Shown piece after piece: positions 1-9,255 of a stretch of 64,000 bases of DNA. The position numbers and the translations under genes are program-made. Origin of the DNA: Lepidodermella squamata. Taxonomy: Eukaryota > Animalia > Gastrotricha. The number at the start of each line of letters is the position of its first letter. Position 1 is the stretch's first letter. The notes under the pieces are model-generated. The model was given only the letters and a program-made list of their open reading frames with translations, searched no databases and was not told the DNA's origin. The stretch is taken from positions 1,798,001 through 1,862,000 of the forward strand of contig JBLDXI010000004.1 of NCBI GenBank assembly GCA_047495785.1. The letters run 5' to 3'.

Positions 1-329
1 CCAGGACATGATTCTTCATGATTACGCAACACAGCCGGGAAATAAATTGTGAAAAACTGAAGTTTCAGTTTCCTAAAAAAAATCACGATTTAAATCCTAA
101 TTTGATCATGCTAATAATGCTGGTAAATTTCAAGAGATTTTCTGGTCGCGAAAAAGCTAAATAATGAAAAATCAGGGCAATTCCGATGGGTCTATTACTT
201 GATCAGGAAATGACCTCAGCAAAAATCTGTAAATCAAGGAGATAGAAGATGGACGGGCAATTTATAGTTATTGAAATGAATTGCTGATTTTGTCTGATAA
301 ACTGGCGTAATTTCTGAAAGAAGTTTAAC

Positions 330-760
330 TATCGTCGCATTTACACGAGCTACTTCGTAATTATCGATGTTAATTACTTCGGTTGTTGCGTCATCATTAA
401 TATTTGAACTCGAGTGAGCGCTGTTTTTATTTTTGTGTGCACATTATATGGGCGCTGTTAACAAGTCACAGCAAGGTTATTTAAAACTCAAATTTTGAGG
501 TATCAAGTAATCGCGATTTCGCAATCACATTTTTGGCTGACACCTGATCTATACAATTCTCCTTCTGGAAAAATAGAAACAATCGATTTATAAATTATAA
601 AAAATCTTAAATGTTGGCAAAATCCTCTTAAAACGAGTTATGCACCGAATCGCGTCACTGGGGTAGTTTCCAGCCACATTGTACGGACAAATACAGACTT
701 GAAATTTTCTTTTGAAAAATCAGAAAATATTGATAGCTTCAAGATTTTCTCATGACTTTC
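330..760. repeat. Host dispersed repeat, copy 1 (second copy about 23690-24520, on the other side of the Maverick)
   Basis: gtcgcatttacacgagctacttcgtaattatcgatgttaattactt...gcgtcatcatt and taaaaaatcttaaa...gaatcgcgtcactg...tctcatga blocks recur in direct orientation at about 23690-23920 and 24345-24520; boundaries approximate. Confidence 0.65.
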
Positions 761-890
761 GTAGGTTTTGTTGAGCATTTCTTTTTATAGTCCAAACAGG
801 AGCCTAAACTACATTGAATTTTCTAATATTCCTATGAGAAAATTCTCCCTAAATTATCTTAATAATATTGGTATAACCGTCGGCGTGATT

Positions 891-1716
891 GGATTACCCC
901 CACTTGCGCATTTCTCGCTTGCGCATCTGCCACTTGCGCATCAAATTTTTATCACTTGCGCATTTATTACTGAATTTTCAACACTTTATCGTGAATTTGG
1001 CGGATAATTATATCTTTTAATACCAGAATTATTCAAAAACGTGTCATTATACTTTCTTGGTCATTTTGGTGTTAGGAAATGCCACACCAGAGACTAGTGT
1101 AATAAGAGAGGGGTGTAATAACGGTTTCGGTTTCAACATCGGCCCGTAGTTTCACTTTCGGCAATCACCGATTGTCGATGGCTGATGTCGAGCAGATCAA
1201 GTCGCAGATCACGAGCGCAGATGGTGGGACCTTTTCTCCGAAAAAGAAACTGACAATTGAGTTGCAGTTCAAAGTCAGAGATCTCGCATCCAGAGCTGCT
1301 GAGCTCGAAGCGGCGCCAAGATCCGAGTCGCCAGTGGAATCACTGCCTGAATCGCCGAGATAGGAATCTAACTTTCGAATCTATCAAGTAATTATGGTTC
1401 TCCAGGACGAGAAATTGGGGAAGAAGCAAGGCAATGTAAGCTCGATGCCGGTCTAATAGTCAGTCGGTTCTTGCCATTTCCTTAGATCGTCACGTTTTTC
1501 CATTACCTGGTATAGTCTTTATTGTTTATTGTGGTATTTTCAAGCACCAAAATTTACTCATGTAACATTTTTTGAATAGTTCTGGTAAAAAAGATATAAC
1601 TATCTGCCCAACTCACGATAAAGTACTGGAAATTCTGAAATAAATGCGCAAGTAATAAAAATTAAATGCGCAAGTGGCAGATGCGCAAGCGAGAAATGCG
1701 CAAGTGGGGGCAACCC
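891..1716. mobile_element. Non-autonomous DNA transposon (MITE; MULE/Merlin-like) with about 150-bp TIRs
   Basis: TIRs ggattacccccacttgcgcat... / ...atgcgcaagtgggggcaaccc with internal CTTGCGCAT repeats; 8-bp TSD GCGTGATT at 883-890 and 1717-1724. Confidence 0.85.
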
Positions 1717-1899
1717 GCGTGATTTCATCAATTTCGATCCGCTATCTACAAGTGTCGGATTTAAAAAATTACAATATAATAGTATAATTGTATAATCGCA
1801 AGGTTTCAAATTATTTTTGTTTTTTTTTCGGAAAAATTCTCAAAAAAATATCGGATTTATTTTCATATTAAGCTTGAAGCAAGGTGCTAGGCACGCATA

Positions 1900-2089
1900 C
1901 AGGGTGGCCAAAAAATTCCGCGGAGCGGAAATTCGCTGCGCATCAATTTAATGAGGAGTTTTAAGAAGTTGAAGAATTTCAAGCACTCTTTTGCCAATGA
2001 AACTCCTCAATTTCTTGAAACTCCTCATTAAAATGATGCGCAGCGAATTCCCGCTCTGCGGAATTTTTTGGCCACCCCAGGCCACCCTG
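1900..2089. mobile_element. Tc1/mariner-type palindromic MITE
   Basis: TA|CAGGGTGGCC...GGCCACCCTG|TA; nearly the whole element is an inverted repeat. Confidence 0.8.
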
Positions 2090-2150
2090 TAGACCTCAGT
2101 CAAGCTAATTTTGAGATATTTCTCCACGACCAAGTCCCAAATATTTTGAA

Positions 2151-2450
2151 AGCAGTAGGAATCGGCCGAAGCTGGGCCAGCCACCTCAAAATAAAATTTT
2201 CATCTTTTATCATATTCTCCGCGGCAAATCTTCGGCTTTTCGCATGGGCTATGCGAAATGCAAAAATCATCACCAAAGAGTCAAAATCGCCGCCTAGACA
2301 TATCCAGCTCAAATTAAATTGAGTTTCAGCGGTCGTCCGAATTTTCCGATCTTAAAATTTTGAGAACAGCCTGAAAAGGGGTGGTTTTCAGAACACCACC
2401 TAGAAATGAAATTTACTCCGGATAGGACGTCCTGCTCAATGGATTTTCAT
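2151..2450 (+). repeat. Maverick left TIR (300 bp)
   Basis: Aligns without gaps to the reverse complement of 23185-23484; 25 mismatches by manual count (about 92% identity). Confidence 0.95.
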
Positions 2451-2637
2451 CATTTGGCACTCGGCATTGTGAAAGGCAAAAATAACTCATTGAACCTTCT
2501 TACAGAGAATGTCTATTCATTGCGACATTAAAAAATCCGCAGTGGCTTAAAACGTTTTTTCGTTTATTCAAAGTAATATTTAAGTGTACATTTTTTTTCA
2601 ATAAGGCATGTGGCGGTATTCATTGGCCTGAATTTTT

Positions 2638-3202
2638 TTATAGGCCAGACGTGAAGGCCAAACCAAGTCCTAGGATCAGAATATTATGACTCGAGGAGGG
2701 TAAAGGGGAGAAATTACGCTTCGTAGATGAGATTATGGTGGCCGAAGTTGATACGTCATATGAATTTGCGGTATTAGAGCCGAATGCCCCCTGCCATGCT
2801 CCGCTGGTATTAAGGTAGAGCATAACAGGGGAGTCTACGGTAAAATAGCACGGAGAGGCCTTATAATTGCACCAATCACTACAGCATACACAGGACGTGG
2901 TAACTGTTCCGGAATATGCTGCAGCCGAGGTTTGAGTATTGCATGGTACTTCTGCATTTCTGATGCAAGAATGGTTGTAGGTCATTGACCCACGTTGAGC
3001 GCTGTAGGCTAGAAGCTATAAAAAATTCATTTATAGACTTGGTTTGATTTGAAATAATGGCTAAAATTACATAACATGCACGACATCCAACAAAAACCGA
3101 GGGTGGTGATGTGCTGTCCTTTTGGTTATCGTAGCAGCTGATCGCAATGGTTGATGCGATGGCCATTATTAAAAGCAATGACACGCAGAGAGAGCTATTC
3201 AT
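2638..3202 (-). CDS. Ly6/uPAR (three-finger, Quiver-like) secreted and probably GPI-anchored protein, 169 aa, 2 exons (3202-3071, 3015-2638); cargo inside the Maverick
   Basis: Signal peptide MNSSLCVSLLLIMAIASTIA, then ISCY...GCRACY; a 55-bp GTAATT..TTTTATAG intron (3070-3016) restores the frame into ...HSC...VPC...SCVCCSDWCN (LU-domain CCxxxCN end); Ser/Thr stalk; hydrophobic C-tail; AATAAA at 2568-2563. Confidence 0.8.
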
Positions 3203-3645
3203 CTTAGTGAAATGTGAAATGTGAAATGCTGAAATTATAATAGCGAATGCTTTCAGCCTCCTTAAAAATTACCGCACTTGCATTCACTGTGAGTTTTTTC
3301 CGTAGAATCCATGGAGCTCCATAGAGCACTACCATAGAGCTCAATGCATTTGGACACCGTATTCATGGTAAATCTCCAAAGATACTACACTCGGTCGGAA
3401 AGCACTAAACTTCAGTGAATTTATCTATGAGCACCTACAGCCTACGGGTCCACGCCCAAGTTGCACTTTTGAGCGCAATGGTAAATCTTCAAATGTATCC
3501 AGTACCGTCCTGAGAATGAACGGAAACAATTAAAAAATTTGACGAAGTCTTGAGCGCGTGCTAGGCAATAGTTCAAAGCAGACAGAGTCAACATCTCTGG
3601 GAATCAGGCAATAAAAAATTAAAAATGGCGTTTAGATTTAGCACA

Positions 3646-4346
3646 CCAATTTGACCGACTTTTCTTGCAATTTCCAGGCGAACCCAGTATCACCGTTCTA
3701 TAAATTTTATATCACTAGATAGCCCTTGAAATTCTGTACAAACTAACAGCGCCCGCTGAACAAGAACGCCGCCGATTATGTCGAAATCGGCTTCGGAAAT
3801 CACGATTTTGGCTGTGGCGGAACGCCAATTTGACCGACTTAGATCGCTATTTTAGCCGGAAACCAGTATCACCGTTCCATGAATTTTATACCTTTAGATA
3901 GCCCTTGAAATTCTATATAAACTAACAACGGCCGCTGTAAAAATTCAGCGTCGATATGGTACAAATCGGCTCTAGAAATATCTTTTTTGGCATTGCTGGC
4001 ATGCTAAATCAACTGATTTTGATCGCAATTTCAAGGCGAATCAAGTATCGTCACTCTATAATTTTTATATCATTAGATAGCCCTTGAACTTCTGTACAAG
4101 CTGCCAACAGCCGCTGTACAAATTCGGCAACGATCGGGTCGAAATCGGCCTCAGAAATCGCGATTTTGGCCTAGATGACAAATCAATTTGGCTGACAAAT
4201 CAATTTTCAGTCGAAACCCAGTATCGCCGTTCTGTAAATTTTATATCATTAGATAGCCCTTGAAATTCTGTACAAACTATCAACGGCCACTGTAAAAATT
4301 CGGCGTTGATCGTGTCGAAATCGGTATCAGAAATCGCGATTTCGGC
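3646..4346. repeat. Tandem repeat, about 4 diverged copies of a ~179-bp unit, inside the Maverick left arm
   Basis: GATAGCCCTTGAA at 3718, 3897, 4076 and 4252 (spacing 179/179/176). Confidence 0.9.
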
Positions 4347-4504
4347 GTACGTCCGATCTCCAATCTCGTCGCGCAGAGGTTTAGCCGGCACTTGTGGACG
4401 GAAAGTCACGTTGGCTAGCTCGACTGTATCGTTCATTACATTCAGAGAGTTACTCTCGCGCTTCATGTAACTGACTATGCTGAAGCCAAGAATTAAGGAA
4501 TTAA

Positions 4505-5410
4505 AAATTCGGTCACAATAAACCCAAGGTTGGCCGCATGCGATTTTCATTCGTGAAGACGGCTGATGATTCACTGAATTCGAAACAGTAAGCGTGAATG
4601 TGTTGGGCTGTTCGACCGATATCTTGCTAAATACCCTGATCTGACAAAGATCTAATCTTCAAACTTACACTGATAATTCGAACGTTCAAACATTCAAGCT
4701 TTCAACCGTTCAAACGTGTAAATATGCTGGTAAAAGGGTACATGCCAACGCCTATGAAGTTCGAACGTTTGAACGTTCAGATTTCAAACGAAGGTTCAAC
4801 AATTTTCAGTGTCCAGCGTTGTGAGAGATTTGACAACCAAATTTTCCTAAGGTCTAGGAGTTTCAGCAGAGCCTACCGATTCATATGATCTATGTCTACG
4901 AATGCGAATAGCAGCTTATAAGATGATGTAATGTCTGCTCTGTCAACGCCAAAAAATGCGATGAAAAGTAAATTCGGTCATAATTAACCCAAGGTTAGCC
5001 GCAGGCGATTTGTATGCGACATCTTCGGAATTTTCAGAATAATAAATTTGTAACTTGTTTCTCAAGTTTAGCTGTTATACACAAAATCAGCTGATAATTC
5101 ATAAAACCCGGGCAAATTTGAAAAATAAATTCGGTCACAATTTTTAGCCGCAATCGAGGTTAGCCGCAGGCGATTTTAATCCGCAAAGTCGGCCGATGAT
5201 TCGAAACTGTAATCGCCGAGTTGGGCTGTTCGACCGATATCATGCTGATCTGACAATTTACACTGATAATTCGAACGTTCAAACATTCAAGCTTTCAAAC
5301 GTTCAAACGTTCAAGCTTTCAACCGTTCAAACGTGTAAATATGCTTGTAAAAGGGCACATGCCAACGCCTGCGAAGTTCAAACGTTTAAACGTTCAGACT
5401 TTCAAACTTT
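4505..5410. repeat. Duplicated ~200-bp block with 8-bp periodic TTCAAACG arrays, plus three AAATTCGGTCA...GGTT(A/G)GCCGCA motifs
   Basis: gttgggctgttcgaccgatatc...ttcgaacgttcaaacattcaagctttcaa... at about 4602-4790 and 5220-5405; the AAATTCGGTCA motif at about 4506, 4970 and 5128. Confidence 0.8.
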
Positions 5411-5437
5411 AAAAAAATTTCTGTATATAAGGTAAGT

Positions 5438-5734
5438 ATGTTGAGAACGAAACAAATAAGCACAGAAACTAAAGCCAAAATTATTGAAGAATATTTTAAA
5501 GGCAAAACTCCTGTATTACAAATTGCGGCGAAATTCAACGTGAGCAAAGGGATGATATATTATAATTTACAGAAATGGCTAGGCTCGAATCAAGAATTTA
5601 GAGAAAACTCCGGCTATAAACATCAGCATGGAGGCAATATTAAGGTGAATTTACTACCCCCGGAAGAGAATAATCAGTATCCAGTAAAAATTATGTCAAT
5701 GAATGAGGTTCAGGCGAGAAGAAAGCGAAAATAA
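5438..5734 (+). CDS. Small helix-turn-helix DNA-binding protein (Maverick accessory)
   Basis: ISTETKAKIIEEY..GKTPVLQIAAKFNVSKGMIYY..QKW pattern resembles transposase-type HTH domains; TATATAAG just upstream. Confidence 0.65.
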   Translation: MLRTKQISTETKAKIIEEYFKGKTPVLQIAAKFNVSKGMIYYNLQKWLGSNQEFRENSGYKHQHGGNIKVNLLPPEENNQYPVKIMSMNEVQARRKRK

Positions 5735-5757
5735 ATTTCTCCACAACTTATATAGAC

Positions 5758-6039
5758 ATGCCAGATACATTCGTAGCGCTGACAGAAGTGATTGAAATGA
5801 TGGAAGATTATGAAAGCATCCTAGAGCGGTGTAAACAAGAAATTAAGGATATTTCCGTAGGATACAAAACGTTAAGTAAACAGTACAGGGAACTCGAAAA
5901 GATGAAAAAAGGATCGGAGAAAGAAATTGAGCGAAAATTGTTAGACATGGAAAAAGAGAAGATTAAGTTCGAGTCTCTTTATAGCAGCCTCTTAACTGCT
6001 AATCAGCAACAAGAAAAACAGGCTGAAATTAGAAAATAA
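5758..6039 (+). CDS. Coiled-coil protein, truncated tandem copy 1
   Basis: Within a 366-bp tandem duplication (5669-6034 / 6035-6400); near-identical to 6124-6489 but stops at the duplication junction. Confidence 0.6.
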   Translation: MPDTFVALTEVIEMMEDYESILERCKQEIKDISVGYKTLSKQYRELEKMKKGSEKEIERKLLDMEKEKIKFESLYSSLLTANQQQEKQAEIRK

Positions 6040-6123
6040 TCAATATCCACTAAAAATTTTGCCGATGAATAAAGTTCAGGCGAGAAGAAAGCGAAAATAA
6101 ATTTCTCGACTACTAATATAGAC

Positions 6124-6489
6124 ATGCCAGGTACATTCATAGCGCTGACAGAAGTGGATGAAATGTTGGATGATAATGAAAGCATCCAAGAGCAGTTAAA
6201 ACAAGAAATTAAGGATATTTCCGTAGGATTCAAAACGTTAAGTAAACAGTACAGGGAACTCGAAAAGATGAAAAAAGGATCGGCGAAAGACATTGAGCGA
6301 AAATTGTTAGACATGGAAAAAGAGAAGATTAAGTTTGAGTCTCTTTATAACAGCTTCTTAACTACTAAGCAGCAACAAGAAAAACAGGCTGAAATTAGAA
6401 AAGTAAGTCAGAAAGAGAGGAAAGAGAAAGCAAAGCTCGAAATCAAAGAATTTCTCACTGAAATGAAAAATCTCAGGGAGAGTATATAG
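6124..6489 (+). CDS. Coiled-coil protein, full-length copy 2
   Basis: 121-aa E/K/Q-rich ORF; paralogue of 5758-6039. Confidence 0.65.
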   Translation: MPGTFIALTEVDEMLDDNESIQEQLKQEIKDISVGFKTLSKQYRELEKMKKGSAKDIERKLLDMEKEKIKFESLYNSFLTTKQQQEKQAEIRKVSQKERKEKAKLEIKEFLTEMKNLRESI

Positions 6490-6501
6490 TAAAAAATAAA
6501 A

Positions 6502-6813
6502 ATGCACGATTCCTGTAGTTACATGGAAGAGATGTTAAGGCATACCAAGGAAATTGTTAAAGCTGCCCACATCAACAATTTGGAAATGAAAACGATAGTT
6601 ATGTATACATGTGTAATCTTTTTGGTGATTATTAGTGGCTACGTTGGACTGAAATTACGTAAGGAGTATTCAGCTAAGAAGCCAACAATTATTAGGGTGA
6701 ATAAGGTGGCAGATTCTCAGAATTCGAGAAAGGTGCCAAGCCCAAAGTTAAATTTCGGCTATCCTGTTCGGCCGTATGAATATTCAAATGAATTATCGAC
6801 TTTTTACATCTAA
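6502..6813 (+). CDS. Small single-pass membrane protein
   Basis: One hydrophobic stretch IVMYTCVIFLVIISGYVGL followed by basic residues; directly follows the preceding ORF. Confidence 0.5.
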   Translation: MHDSCSYMEEMLRHTKEIVKAAHINNLEMKTIVMYTCVIFLVIISGYVGLKLRKEYSAKKPTIIRVNKVADSQNSRKVPSPKLNFGYPVRPYEYSNELSTFYI

Positions 6814-7401
6814 TTGTAATTCTTGGATCTTTTTTATGAACTCCTTTTTTATTTCTTTATCACTAACAGAAGATTTACTATCTAAATCTTTTTTAATCGG
6901 AGACTTCATCTCTAAGTATTTTTCATATTCTTTAGTTATGATTTTATACTCACTATCACTAATGAAATTGTCATTCAGTGCTTTCGATATTAGATCATTT
7001 ATCGAGTTCAGCTTGCTTATAGCTAGCATGCACAATCTCTCATGCTTTTCAGCCTTTTTCATGAGCTGCTTAGCACCAATACCAAACCCAATACTAACAA
7101 GTCCAGATCCGATAGAAATAGCTTCTAAAACAATAACTATAGGAGTGCTTATTATAGTTGTTAGCAGCCCTATTCCTCCTACGCCAAGTCCAATTGACAT
7201 CGATGACAGGCCGATATTAACACCATTAAGTGCATTAGCTGATCTCTTATACTTATCGTAGCATTTAAGGCGAAAATCAATCTCGTTTTTCATTACTTCT
7301 TTTAGTTTTTTAATTTCACTAATCCTAAATTCCTGAGTACTGTTTGTTTCTAAACGCGTTTCCAATTTAGGGGCTGTTGGATAAATATTATGCTCGGTCA
7401 T
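6793..7401 (-). CDS. Conserved Maverick-type membrane protein (hydrophobic Gly-rich hairpin between helices)
   Basis: Two hydrophobic segments, then KAEKHE...ISKALNDNFISDSEY, a pattern I recall from Maverick accessory proteins; TCTAG motif upstream. Confidence 0.65.
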   Translation of the reverse strand: MTEHNIYPTAPKLETRLETNSTQEFRISEIKKLKEVMKNEIDFRLKCYDKYKRSANALNGVNIGLSSMSIGLGVGGIGLLTTIISTPIVIVLEAISIGSGLVSIGFGIGAKQLMKKAEKHERLCMLAISKLNSINDLISKALNDNFISDSEYKIITKEYEKYLEMKSPIKKDLDSKSSVSDKEIKKEFIKKIQELQLDVKSR

Positions 7402-8132
7402 TTATATAATAAACTAGAAATTCTTAGATAAAATTTACAAGTTATTTTAGACTTGGTTGTCAATAAAACCTGAAATTTATCACCTCTATCAAAGTTTTCA
7501 ATCATTTCCAAGTGTTCTAAACGTGTTTCTCCGAGCTGATTATATGTGGAGTATTTATTCCCCAAAACTTGATGCTCATTCTTCACTAGGCTGATCGCGA
7601 TTGAGGTGCTTTCTCCATTTACGGCTATCCACAGCTGTATGCGGGCAAAAAGGGGTTCCTTAATTGCCACTGAACCAGGTAAAATCGCATCTCCTTCGTC
7701 GTCTCCCTCTGAAAAAGCACCACTGCTATCGATTGACATATGAGTAGAATGTAAAATATTAAATGCTAGGAATTTCTTATTTTCAATGCTATTATGCCCA
7801 GACATAAAAAGAGACATATTTTCCCGATTTAAACCGGATATTTTCGTCATATCCTGTTCAACTTTGGCTTTGAACGTATTGTAAGTCGAAACATGTGATG
7901 TTAGTTTATCTTCACAGCCCTTTATAAATTTCTCACGTTCTGTCACGAAAGCTTTCAGATTAACTGCATCGCTATTATGCACAGGGTCGCCAACATTCTC
8001 TATCCTTTTATTATTCATATTTACATTTCCATCAAATGGCACTGATCCATCACTTCGTATATATTTATCGTTTCCTTTATTTTTGCTATGTTCATTCCAT
8101 TCTTTAGGGATAAAAATTACGGAGCTTTTCAT
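7398..8132 (-). CDS. Putative fibre/spike protein (tail-fibre-like N-terminal motif, coiled coil, beta-rich head)
   Basis: YIRSDGSVPFDGNVNMNNKRIENVGDPVHNSDAVN resembles the phage tail-fibre/YadA-stalk motif; C-terminus ...FDRGDKFQV loosely C1q/TNF-like. Confidence 0.5.
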   Translation of the reverse strand: MKSSVIFIPKEWNEHSKNKGNDKYIRSDGSVPFDGNVNMNNKRIENVGDPVHNSDAVNLKAFVTEREKFIKGCEDKLTSHVSTYNTFKAKVEQDMTKISGLNRENMSLFMSGHNSIENKKFLAFNILHSTHMSIDSSGAFSEGDDEGDAILPGSVAIKEPLFARIQLWIAVNGESTSIAISLVKNEHQVLGNKYSTYNQLGETRLEHLEMIENFDRGDKFQVLLTTKSKITCKFYLRISSLLYK

Positions 8133-8623
8133 TCTTGGTTAAATACTAGATTTAATTTATCGTCCCATTTTTTCAAAAGTTTTTCATTTTTTATAATCTT
8201 GATTCTTTGGGCTATATGTACAAAGCCTAATTTTTTACACATATATTGTAACACAAATAGTATATGTATCATATTTTTCTTTGGAAATTTCTTGAAATAT
8301 AGTCTATCTAATTCTTTGTATAAATTCATGATTTTGTCTTGCTCATTACCATTAATGTGTAAGTCATGCTTTCTGATAACAGACATGATATGCCACGCCC
8401 TTTTGTAAGGCGGCGAAAACCTGGTGCTACCTTCAGGATTACAATAAGGATAGCATCGGCCGCAAGACGTACAAATATTGAAATTTTCATGATAATCAGG
8501 AAATAGATCAATGTTGCAAACTTCGCAAGTCATATATTTGTGTGCAAGGTTTTCATATGACCCACTTCTATCGATTTTGTAATGCAAATCGAAAAGCTCT
8601 TCATCAGTCATTTTTCTTTCCAT
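8129..8623 (-). CDS. VLTF3-like (poxvirus A2/NCLDV late transcription factor) protein; start at ATG 8623 or 8611
   Basis: Zn ribbon CEVC..CTSCG, then PYKRAWH, and KKNMIHILFVLQYMCKKLG...IKNEKLLKKWD, matching the VLTF3 YKRxxH / RKNF.SY.YVL...LG / KS.EKL..D pattern. Confidence 0.65.
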   Translation of the reverse strand: MERKMTDEELFDLHYKIDRSGSYENLAHKYMTCEVCNIDLFPDYHENFNICTSCGRCYPYCNPEGSTRFSPPYKRAWHIMSVIRKHDLHINGNEQDKIMNLYKELDRLYFKKFPKKNMIHILFVLQYMCKKLGFVHIAQRIKIIKNEKLLKKWDDKLNLVFNQE

Positions 8624-8654
8624 TAGCAACTTACCTAATAACAGTAACAAAGCT

Positions 8655-8786
8655 TCAAGTAATAAATTTACACTTTTTGGACTTGCATAAAATGCATATA
8701 CATTTTAAGACTTTTTTCTTATTTTTTGTATATGCAATTTGCTCATTAGCATTCCCAGTAACGATTTTACATTTCATACAAAACAT
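8655..8786 (-). CDS. 43-aa zinc-ribbon microprotein (DUF5679-like), absent from the ORF track
   Basis: MFCMKCKIVTGNANEQIAYTKNKKKVLKCICILCKSKKCKFIT*; CxxC...TKN...CxxC; TCTAG 13 nt upstream of the ATG. Confidence 0.75.
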   Translation of the reverse strand: MFCMKCKIVTGNANEQIAYTKNKKKVLKCICILCKSKKCKFIT

Positions 8787-8799
8787 TCTTACATTCTAA

Positions 8800-9255
8800 C
8801 TAGAAGTTATCATTAAACCATTTCATCAATTTCAAGTCGTTCGAGAGATTGTTATTGTTCTCGAAATCCAGCAGTATCTCAAGTTTATCTCGGCCTCTGT
8901 ACAATTCACACAAAAAATAGATACAGTAAAAACCGCAGGCCACCGATTTCATATTTTGAATCTCATGGGTGTTGTAATATATATCCCTCGCAGCTTTTCT
9001 AACTATTATTTCATTTGGGCATATAAATCCGAAGCTATCAAAATAAACTATATTGCTATCAGTCACTTGCATGCATACCCAATGCGTTCCAGATTGATTA
9101 TCTAAATTTATGACATAATAACCATTTTTCAAAACATACGGTAGGCCATCTCGCGGAAAGCATCCGCTGTATTCTCTCCCCAATTTCATAGATAAAATAT
9201 TATCAATTTGCCTATTTGAAAGAGGGAAGAATTTTTTCAGTTTTTTGACTCCCAT
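8800..9255 (-). CDS. Adenain-type (clan CE) cysteine maturation protease
   Basis: GTHW, YFDSFG and QNMKSVACGFYC catalytic motifs. Confidence 0.92.
   Translation of the reverse strand: MGVKKLKKFFPLSNRQIDNILSMKLGREYSGCFPRDGLPYVLKNGYYVINLDNQSGTHWVCMQVTDSNIVYFDSFGFICPNEIIVRKAARDIYYNTHEIQNMKSVACGFYCIYFLCELYRGRDKLEILLDFENNNNLSNDLKLMKWFNDNF

Noticed and set aside
768-2322. Short ORFs 768-1007, 1600-1809, 1948-2322 (and 23338-23520)
   Set aside because: They are translations of MITE or Maverick TIRs; the shared peptides reflect inverted repeats
3646-4574. 179-bp array as CRISPR-like, and ORF 4200-4574 as a gene
   Set aside because: Units are homologous along their full length; the ORF is a chance frame across the repeat edge
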